Assembly (NCBI GenBank): GCA_030390025.1
Contig: CM059425.1
Coordinates: 166,782,001 to 166,846,000, forward strand
DNA length: 64,000 nucleotides
Direction: 5' to 3'
Source of the DNA: Squalus acanthias
Taxonomy: Eukaryota
The notes below the pieces were generated by a model. It made no database searches, had not been told where the DNA came from, and saw only the letters and a list, made by a program, of their open reading frames with translations. This document shows positions 53,530 through 62,935 of this stretch, piece after piece (the stretch's first letter is position 1; the number at the start of each line of letters is the position of its first letter). Position numbers and translations under genes: made by a program.

Positions 53530-54421
53530 GGGGGAAAAATTCGGTTGGTTTGCGCCTCCCGTTAGCGCCTTAAGAGGGCGCTAATGGGGTGCAAAGCAAC
53601 TAGAGCCCAGGTGCGGCGATGTTTGTGCCACTCGCGAAATTGACCAGACATTTTGCGGCGGCGCTAAACACTACCGCCACGATCTCCTGCGCCTGCAGAT
53701 CGTGACGTCAGTCGAGCGTGCAACGCCCCGGTAGCGCCCCGAACCGGATATTGAGTGGCGCCCCCTGCCTTACCGTGTGCCGCTAGCAACAACAGGTTGA
53801 GGGGAGCGTTTTGCAGTCGGGAAGGGACTGGGGGAGTGCTATTTAAAGGCGACCGGTTCCTGCCTTTTTTTTTCGGCGACATTTTTGCACCACGCATTCT
53901 GAGTGAGAGAGAGAGACTTCTGGAGATATTCAACGCTGTGTTGAGGAGTTTTGGGTACTGAGCAGCACTTTGCAGGTTCATTTTGATTTGATCTTCCTTG
54001 CATCAATTTAGAAGAGACTATGGGGGCTGCACTCTGACATCTTTCCCTGGGTCTCTCCATTGTTCTTTCCAGCAGATTTGATGTACAGGTCTCTCCAGGC
54101 CGAGATTCAAGGCTGCAATGAGCAAGGTGTGGATGGAGAGCAAGATCGACCCTCCCCTTTAAGAACTGGCCAGCGCCAGTGTGTCTGTGTTCCATTGCTG
54201 ACTGACATCAAATGAGCTTCGCCAGCGCTCTGAGATAGCGCCTCGCTCCTCGGCATTAGCGCCTTAAGAGAGGTGTGTAGCACCTGATTTAGTGATCCAA
54301 TCACCTCCAGGGGCGATAGAAACCAAGTTTGCAGTCGGAGGTGATAATTAGCGCCAGGCGTTAAACTTTGCGCCCGGCCGATAATTGCACCCCAAACGGG
54401 GCGATACCGAATTTCTCCCCC
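53530..54421. mobile_element. Harbinger-type MITE inside a CR1 tail
   Basis: 16-bp TIR GGGGGA(A/G)AAATTCGGT with TSD CAT on both sides. Confidence 0.85.
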
Positions 54422-54469
54422 CATATACCCACCTTCGTTCCATATTCCTTGATATTTGAATTTTAAATT

Positions 54470-54720
54470 TATTCTCAGGATGTTGGTATTGGTGGTATGC
54501 CGGGATTTATTGCCCATCCCTAACTGCCCTGAGAAAGTTATGGTGGGCTCCCTTCTTGAACTGCTGGTTTTATTCCTGTTAATGCTGTAGTGGTTTGATG
54601 CAGTTGAGTGGCTTGCTGGACCACTTTAGAGGACAGTTAAGAGTCAACCATGTTGACGTGGAACTGGAGTCACAAATAGACCAGACCAGGTAAGGATGGC
54701 CAGTTTCCTCCCCTAAAAAA
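54470..54720 (-). mobile_element. SINE-like fragment sharing its 3' end with the A-tailed LINE family (degraded + copy at about 33170-33350)
   Basis: ATTTATTGCCCATCCCTAA tail motif is shared with the LINE ends near 22310 and 45915. Confidence 0.45.
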
Positions 54721-55836
54721 CAGATTGGATGCAGAATAGCATTGAGTTCAATCAAACATTTAGAAAGGTACAAAAATATAATCAAATCTATAATAAACAA
54801 CTCATCACCTGTATAAGTTGCTCTCACTATTCTCTTTATGTAACATTCTGACACCTTTAAATTGCATTAATCAGAAGTAACATTATGGACTACTAGTGCA
54901 CATAAGTTAACACAAATTAGTGACTAGATATTCCTGCTACAAATAATAGTTGGTCTTCTACAAGTTTAATGATAAACCAATTCTGACTAAAAATCATTTA
55001 CTACCATTCTAACATTACTTTTAATGAGTACTTTCATAACCTCTGTCCTTCTACCTTTATACTTTCTATTTATATTTAGGCTTTTTAAAAATAAAGCTCC
55101 TGCTTATGAAACAGTCAGAAATGATGTTATTATAAAAATATCTATGAACTCACTTTCTACAGCCATTTGTTGTTATCCTTCTTCTATCCAGAGTGGCTGC
55201 TCTCTAAGTGGCAGCGTTAATGATGTGATGTGTAATTCTGTCATTATCATCCCGATGACTGAAGGTAACATAAATAAAAAATACAGACTCAACAATGCAA
55301 CTCCTGTAACATTATTCACCCAGTCTGAGGAGATTAGTGTTTTGTCATATTTGAAATTTTGCATTAACAGAACCATCACCATCTGCTGCTTCAGCCTTTC
55401 AAGGACTATGACATTCCTTAATATCTTCTTATGTTAGTCTGTGAAAAGTCAATGGAAAATGTCATTAGCAGGAGAGGACCGCCTATAACACTAGAGATAT
55501 AATTGACTAGCGATGATGGACCCCCAACCTCTGCCCTCTCACCTCATACGAAAATGAAGCTTTCGAGTTCCTGGGGATAGTGTTAATAGAGGGAGTTGGA
55601 GATGGGAAGTAGGAGGGCAGGTTCCAATTGCAGGTTTGTCATGGCATTCTGCTTCTCTTTCTTATCATCATATTGTGCTCTATATTACTGGTCAGCAAAT
55701 GAGATGATGAAGCCCTAATGTCACTCCTGTTAATGAATATCACGTATGAACTCTGCTGTTCAGAACCCACGTTAAATTCTCTTCACCTTGTCCTCTAGAT
55801 GTGTCTGATGAAGAAGAAGCAGAAGAGAAAGAAAAC

Positions 55837-56648
55837 TGAAGGATCCAGCTTGTTCCCAAAGAACTCTGGGATACTTGACTACTACTGAAGGATCCTGCTT
55901 GTTCCCAAAGAATGCTGGGATATTTGACTACATTACCCTCTACTTATTTCGGATAGTAGGTTTAGCTAATTAAGGCATATTTGTAGACTGGAAGGTGCCT
56001 CCCTCCCCTTATCAAACCTTGGGATATATGTATTCACAACCTCAGTAGAGCCATTGTCAAAGCACAGCCTGGCCTCCCAAGAGATAAGGGAGCAATTAAC
56101 AACCAACACAGTTCCAGGCACGGTGGATACATCTACTATTCGAACCTGGTCGCCCAAGAGATAAGGGAGCAATTAATGACCAACACGGTTCCAGTCACTG
56201 AGAATCCAAGCCATTACGGCCTTGAGCCACCCCGCTCTGTCCGACAGCCAGGGATAAAATATGTTTTCTCAAACTATAAACTATGCCCGCAAAGGAAGAG
56301 ATAACAGCAAGAATTTGGGGAGTAGGATGAGGCAACCAACATCTGTGACTGGCATGGTCAGGGTTCAAGGGGAGGGCCCGACAGTTGAGTGACTAACCAT
56401 ATAACCAATAGAGAGTAACTGTAGTGACACTGTTTGTACGTGTACGCCCCATTCTGTAGTAAGTGGGCGGTGCTTATAGAAATGTATAACTTGAATGAAC
56501 CATTACTTGTTCCTCAGAGAGTGCGCCCCTAGCTTGAGGAAGCTGAGTGGCTCTCCCTTGTGCACAAGTCTTTTGTTTATTTTAATAAATTCTGAACTTG
56601 TCCTCAATTCCGTCTCCGTCTAGAGTTTCTCCAAATTCGAATCTAACA
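55837..56648 (+). repeat. 5' LTR, 812 bp
   Basis: TGAAGG...CTAACA; CCAAT 56405, GGGCGG 56465, TATAA 56485, AATAAA 56584. Confidence 0.97.
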
Positions 56649-56650
56649 GT

Positions 56651-56668
56651 TGGTGTCAGAAGTGGGAT
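56651..56668 (+). promoter_or_regulatory. Primer binding site, tRNA-Leu
   Basis: TGGTGTCAGAAGTGGGAT is complementary to the vertebrate tRNA-Leu 3' end ATCCCACTTCTGACACCA and starts 2 nt after the LTR. Confidence 0.9.
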
Positions 56669-56672
56669 ACTG

Positions 56673-56681
56673 CAGGTAAGG
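56673..56681 (+). promoter_or_regulatory. Predicted major splice donor
   Basis: CAG|GTAAGG immediately after the PBS. Confidence 0.6.
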
Positions 56682-57258
56682 ACCATAGGAGTTAAAGACA
56701 CTGGAAGTGACGGTTAAAGTGAGAACCGTGTCGTGTCCTAAGGGAAAAGCCAGAGTAAGGCTTTTAGGAGGAACAAGGACTCGCTCGTCACCGGTGGGGC
56801 TAAAACCGTTTATGGTTCAGTCAGTATAAAAGTACCCACAACTTAAATTATTCCTCACGGAGACCGGACTGACGGAATTGATTAGACATAAGTGGTTTTT
56901 TTTCTGATTTAGAGTATAAGGTGATAATTGTATATTTCTGATTTAAAGTATAAGATTGGATCCTTGAGAGTCACGGGTGATCGACACGGACAAGGGTGGT
57001 TGTCTATCTCAAACACCTAGCCTGAGCCTGAATTAAGAGGGCGATTGGGCCCCACGTGACGGCCAGGATCAAGTAGGTGTAGAGAACTAAAACACCACAG
57101 GATCGTGATCCCGTGACAATTAAGTGTACGCAAAATACCGGGTGACGACCCGGAGGGATTTAAGTTAGAGTCTGTTTAGAGTGTAATTTTGTGTCGCTTG
57201 TGCCGATTAAAGTATAAGATAGAGTATAAGAATACACGTGACTATTAATATGGATCAC

Positions 57259-58574
57259 ATGGGAAACAAGGGGAGATCTCTTTCACCCGACGTTCCGGCT
57301 ATGGCCACCAGTGTCACTGTCGTTCAACAGGTCCGAGAGGCTAATTTGAAACTTCAGAGTGAAATGGTTAAAAAGGGGTGGAAAGAAACAAGCTCAGTAG
57401 CTGACCAAATAAAGTGGTGGGCGGAACAAAAAGAAGCCAAACAAGCTAAGTACGGGGCGGTTCTGTGTATTAGTTGGATGGATCAGATGGGATCTATAAT
57501 CGTGGATAAGGGGGGAAGACCGACCCCGTTTCAAGGATTCTTGAGACCTATGCAGGAGGCTAAAGTCCAAGTTCGCAATCTCCTGCATCTTAAGTCGCCA
57601 GGGACTGAGAATCTAGACGATTTGAAAAACTGGGGTGACATTGTTGAGGCTCTACAAAAGGAGACTCGAGACACACCGATCCTAGAACCCCGGCCCCCAT
57701 CGGGGACCGTAAAGGTTCAACGAGTTGAAGCCATCCAACCCACGTGCCCCCCCGAATACACACGTATCTATCCCACCTTACCGCTTCAGTCTGGGGCAGG
57801 AAAATCCAACCCCACGGCCCCCGTCCGAGTTAATCCAGCAGCAGGAGCCCAAAACGCAGAGATAGGTGGACGGGGTATGATGGGCGAGGCTCATTCTTTT
57901 ACGCCCCAGGAGAGATCCAGCGTCATCCTCCTCATTCCCGACCTCAAAGATACAATCCTAACGTCGAAGTATGGGCAAAAATACGAAGTGCTGCTCAGCA
58001 CTTTAATTTGTCCATACAAGACATAAAAGATATTATCGAGGTAAAATGTCCCTCTATGGTTTATGGTTTGTCCACCCCAGTCCAACGCCGGCATCTCCAC
58101 ATTATGGTTTATGGGACATTGGGACCTCATATCTTAAATGTCCCAGCCACGGTAGCAGAGTATGAGATCCAATTCAATGGTTTAAAAACCTGGGCGCAGG
58201 CTGGACTGGGCAACGGCACCGCTACCTGGGCGGGGCTCACCGCCCTGCGCCAGAGTCCCGGAGAAAACCCCAATGTGTACATTGATCGAGTAATCGAGCA
58301 GTATGAACATTGGGGCCAGACGAATAACATTCCCGCTAATCATGACGACCCACGGTTCTTAGATAATCTACTCCAGGGGCTGGAAAAGCCCTACCAAACC
58401 GCCCTCCGAATGGGGGCCAGCCCCCAGCCCACGGAGGCCGGAATCCGGGAGTGGGCTAGTCGACTCTTTGGGCTTCACCAGACAGACCTTCATGCCTCCT
58501 GTCAAGGACTCACCCCAGCTTTTCTGCCCTGGTCCACCACGGCACCCGGGGGTATTAAAATGGAGCCAGACTAA
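57259..58574 (+). pseudogene. gag: Gag-like protein (about 438 aa after repairing one frameshift near 57946)
   Basis: MGNKGRS start (possible myristoylation), Pro-rich PPEY/IYPTL late-domain-like region, and MHR-like TWAGLTALRQSPGENPNVYIDRV...RFLDNLLQGL. Position after the PBS fits gag. Confidence 0.8.
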
Positions 58575-59023
58575 GCCGGTGACGGGGCCCGGGGAAGAGA
58601 TTTCCCCACCTCTTGGAGACTAAAAAAAAAAGTAAAATCCAGAATTTGCTGAGCGAAAGGAATCTTAAAGGGAATGCTGAGATCTCAGTCTGTGTGTAAG
58701 TCTGTGTGAAAGTCTGTGTGACAGTTTCCTGACTATAAACTCTAAGAAGTTACGGTATTTCCTTGGTCTGAAAGTCTGTTTTAAAAAGGGTGCCTGTTGT
58801 ATCTGTTAGCTCCACCCACCTTTTGGTACAGAGAGCTAAAAGCTGTTAACCCTTTTAAACTGTCAACCCTTTTAAAGACATATCTGTTGTGTTCGTTTTA
58901 CAATTAAAAAGAAATAAAAACAAGTATTGACCTGCCTTTTCTCCCCTATACTTGATCAGGACCGGATTTCGAAGGATTAAGTCGGTTCCTCGGGTTGCTA
59001 TTTTACCTGTCTCTTTCTTACAG

Positions 59024-59683
59024 ATGAGTGGGTCTGACCTCAGTACTGCCACCACTACCGGGGATGTCGACCTTTCCACGGTCCAGGCTTTCGACTTAAC
59101 CAGGGATCCCGCAAACTCACATTATTATACGACTCTAACCTTCCCCGGGATTCACCCCTTGACTCTAGAGTTCCGGTTATCTCCCTTTTGTGGTAGGGCC
59201 ACCGGACCCCTCGCTTTACATCCCAACAGAACTCAGACTCTTTTATTCACCCTACCCCATGCAGGGGAGACAGACCGGTTCCGAGATACAGCTGCTCTTT
59301 GGGAACCGCTGGTGTCGGGACTGGAGGACCTTCCCCAGGGGATATCCACTCCCTATTATAGACCCTCCTACCTCCGAAGGAGGACAGTGCAACCTGTCTT
59401 CACCCATCCCCGTCCGACAGCTCCTAACCCTTACCGGATCACGTTAAGTCAGGTAAGTTACATTGAGCCACTGTCACAAGGCCACCGTCTCCGCCTCAAT
59501 GCCACATATGAAGTAGCCCTAACCCCGCTCCGAGCCCTGCGCACACGGCCAATAGCCGGACAGACAGGGAGAGAGACAGAGAGAGACAGAGAGAGAGAGA
59601 GCCTGCTAGTTACTACTGTACAAGCTAGTGTCGAGACAGATAAACAAATTGGACTCCTTCTGCCTAGCGGTGGTATAGGATAA
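59024..59683 (+). CDS. Orphan 219-aa accessory ORF (orfX)
   Basis: Open frame. The ATG directly follows the acceptor TTTTACCTGTCTCTTTCTTACAG, and the stop lies 2 nt before the env ATG. Confidence 0.55.
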   Translation: MSGSDLSTATTTGDVDLSTVQAFDLTRDPANSHYYTTLTFPGIHPLTLEFRLSPFCGRATGPLALHPNRTQTLLFTLPHAGETDRFRDTAALWEPLVSGLEDLPQGISTPYYRPSYLRRRTVQPVFTHPRPTAPNPYRITLSQVSYIEPLSQGHRLRLNATYEVALTPLRALRTRPIAGQTGRETERDRERESLLVTTVQASVETDKQIGLLLPSGGIG

Positions 59684-59685
59684 CC

Positions 59686-61778
59686 ATGGGGTGGCTTATC
59701 AGGGGAATGATAGGGATACTGATCAGTGAACAAACAACACCCATCACGGCACTGGGGTTCTGCGTCGACCGGTCGGGAGCCCCCTTTTTCTGTGAAATGG
59801 CTACTGGTCCACACAAAACGCACAGGGGAGTTTGTACCAGTAGAATCACAGGGAAGACGGACAGGATATGCTGTCAGAATAATGCGGGGCACTGGGACCC
59901 CTCATGCACTCCTACCTCAGAGAGATGTCAGACTTTCGGGATCATAGAACAATACGAGGAGCCCGGGCTACCGCTGGTGATCGACTGCTACTGGGGTGCC
60001 CCCCCGACACCCCTGCCCCCAATGGTTTCCACAACACCTTTCCCCTCCGAGCGCGAGCCACTGACCTGCGCCCCCCCCCATGAAAGAGGGACCCGCTAGT
60101 GGGTTGGAGTTCACCAGTACTGGGGATATATTGTATGATAACGTGCGTCATGAATTAGTGTCAGTGATGCTAAACCTGGCCAACACCGCCCTGCCTGCTT
60201 GGTGCTCACCACAAACCCAACAGTTATACCAGCGCCTTCTAACACAGGTATTGAAACAAGGCGCGGATCGTAGCGGAGGCGGATATAGACAGGGAAGCCG
60301 GCGGGTATGGCGACGTAAGAGGTCTTTAGTTAATGATGCAGCAACGATTTTTGACACTGGCACGTCGGTCGTTAACACCATTGATCTGGCTACCGTAGAT
60401 CAGAAGGTCCGGGATCTGGGTTCCCGCATTAAAGCTATCTTACAAGAGCAAAATAAGAATGAGGACCAAGAGTTAAAGGAGGACCAGATATTAACCGTAT
60501 ACCTCCAGGATATAGCTACTGTGTTAGAAACACACACACAGACTATAAATAAGTTAATTAAAGAAGAATACAATGCCTCACAGCAGGCAGCAGCAAACGA
60601 TGTTTGCAGCACATATGGGAATTGGATAGTGGAGCAAACCCGAGAAAACCTGGAACAGATACAGGCAGGGGAGGTACCCCTGTGGATTACCAACCAACAG
60701 TTAAAAGGGGACCCTGACTCGCGGACACGCTGGGGCGGGTACACCCAAACATCTCTTAAGTAGCCTCAATATGACAGTTTGTCAATTCCGAGCCATGGTA
60801 CGGGTATTCCCCACGCAGGTTGAATGCAGACCAGACGGGGGGGGGGGATTCCTGGGGCTAATTCTGGTCGTCCCGGTAATGACACCAGAGACACAAGGGC
60901 GGGAGGTGTATCAGGTACATAATATTGGTATATTAAAAGATGGCATGCATATATCTTACCACAATATGTTACCTTACGCAGTGATGGTGAAAGGAGACTG
61001 GATGGGTACCAAGCTGGAGGGATGTGTCACCAGACATGCCATCATCATGTGCCCGCATGCAATCAGCCAAAGCCCGCAAGCCCAATGTGGTTTTAATAAC
61101 ACAGGCATGGAAATTAACTGCACCATGGAAGCATTGGACGCAGCCTCAAAGCCTACCCAGGTGGCATACGCCGGCAAAGGCGAATACTGTGTGACGACCA
61201 ACCTGAAAACGTTTGAGTATGCCAATCTAACTTGCAACATCCCCAGTTCAGAGTTCTGCTTCACCCCTGCAGTTCCGGTACGGATTGGACATGAGGAATT
61301 GGTGGACATACACCAGTTTGATATTACCTTTCTTCAAGTGTCTGAAGACATCAAGTATGGATTATGGGACTACATCAACACCTTTGGGTATCCTATACCC
61401 CCCCTGCCCGAACACCTGAGGCAGTTGCGAAAGGAGATACGACTCTCCCAGAAGGTGTACTATACTCTACAACAACGGAACACGGATCTGAAGAAAGATA
61501 TCGACGCGATCAAGGTGACCACATGGCTGGATGACATTTGGGACTGGGGACTAAATATACAGATCCATCCATGGATCCGATTGATTTCACATGTATTAGT
61601 CGTGGTGCAGTTAGTAATTGTCCTGACCTTGTTATGTATGACATGCAGGAAATGTAAACGGACTCGGGCTAAACAAATTGCAAAGCAAGTGGTTAAAACT
61701 GTTAATGCTTGTACTGCTCCTACTCCAAGTGTTTCAGATGATGATTTTGACAACTTGTTGGAGAAATCATGTGCATGA
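59686..61778 (+). pseudogene. env: Envelope/class I fusion glycoprotein (about 696 aa after repairing two 1-nt frameshifts)
   Basis: Kozak ACCATGG, hydrophobic N-terminus, furin RRKR at 60311-60322, heptad region, Cys-rich domain with sequons NAS/NMT/NNT/NCT/NLT, TM helix LISHVLVVVQLVIVLTLLC and a basic tail. Confidence 0.85.
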
Positions 61779-62111
61779 ATAATGAAGCAATCATATAATG
61801 AATCGGGGAATGCCTAAATAGCAACTTCACTCATCTGATGCATACCTGGTGCCTAGACGGGTGGCCACCCCGACAGGACTCACACCAGACCATATGCAAC
61901 GAATGTGCGGCCTACCTGGAATAGCCAAAGGCCTAGGGGGAAGTATAGAATAAATTGGGTGGGGTTACAGGTAAACCTTCATCATTCGTGCTAGTTGATC
62001 CGGGAAAACCTATATGCGTTTCTGACATATTATACACTCACTAGCTTATCACACTATTTAGCGTAGAGAGCACACTCTCCAACCCCCTTCAAGGGTCCTT
62101 TTCGGGGGATT

Positions 62112-62123
62112 GGAAGGGGGGAC
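62112..62123 (+). promoter_or_regulatory. Polypurine tract
   Basis: GGAAGGGGGGAC abuts the 3' LTR. Confidence 0.9.
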
Positions 62124-62935
62124 TGAAGGATCCAGCTTGTTCCCAAAGAACTCTGGGATACTTGACTACTACTGAAGGATCCTGCTTGTTCCCAAAGAAT
62201 GCTGGGATATTTGACTACATTACCCTCTACTTATTTCGGATAGTAGGTTTAGCTAATTAAGGCATATTTGTAGACTGGAAGGTGCCTCCCTCCCCTTATC
62301 AAACCTTGGGATATATGTATTCACAACCTCAGTAGAGCCATTGTCAAAGCACAGCCTGGCCTCCCAAGAGATAAGGGAGCAATTAACAACCAACACAGTT
62401 CCAGGCACGGTGGATACATCTACTATTCGAACCTGGTCGCCCAAGAGATAAGGGAGCAATTAATGACCAACACGGTTCCAGTCACTGAGCATCCAAGCCA
62501 TTACGGCCTTGAGCCACCCCGCTCTGTCCGACAGCCAGGGATAAAATATGTTTTCTCAAACTATAAACTATGCCCGCAAAGGAAGAGATAACAGCAAGAA
62601 TTTGGGGAGTAGGATGAGGCAACCAACATCTGTGACTGGCATGGTCAGGGTTCAAGGGGAGGGCCCGACAGTTGAGTGACTAACCATATAACCAATAGAG
62701 AGTAACTGTAGTGACACTGTTTGTACGTGTACGCCCCATTCTGTAGTAAGTGGGCGGTGCTTATAGAAATGTATAACTTGAATGAACCATTACTTGTTCC
62801 TCAGAGAGTGCGCCCCTAGCTTGAGGAAGCTGAGTGGCTCTCCCTTGTGCACAAGTCTTTTGTTTATTTTAATAAATTCTGAACTTGTCCTCAATTCCGT
62901 CTCCGTCTAGAGTTTCTCCAAATTCGAATCTAACA
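62124..62935 (+). repeat. 3' LTR, 812 bp
   Basis: Identical to the 5' LTR except A56203 versus C62490. AATAAA at 62871. Confidence 0.97.

Larger units (their letters stand above)
55837..62935 (+). mobile_element. Endogenous retrovirus-like provirus lacking pol (LTR-gag-orfX-env-LTR)
   Basis: Paired TG...CA LTRs, TSD AAAC at 55833-55836 and 62936-62939, PBS and PPT. It is inserted in an acidic exon-like remnant, probably of an old Harbinger. Confidence 0.95.

Noticed and set aside
55780..55836. Host exon disrupted by the provirus (CTCTAG|DVSDEEEAEEKEN...KPGPSTS)
   Set aside because: A stop follows shortly after the provirus, and upstream 55470-55632 resembles Harbinger Myb-gene exon 2, so it is more likely a TE relic.
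55966..56172. Identical 68-aa minus-strand ORF here and at 62253-62459
   Set aside because: A by-product of the two LTR copies, with a non-ATG start and no motif.
58575..59023. Possible pol remnant between gag and orfX
   Set aside because: No DTG/DSG, YxDD or integrase motifs were seen. It has stops, an A-run and short TCTGTGTG repeats.
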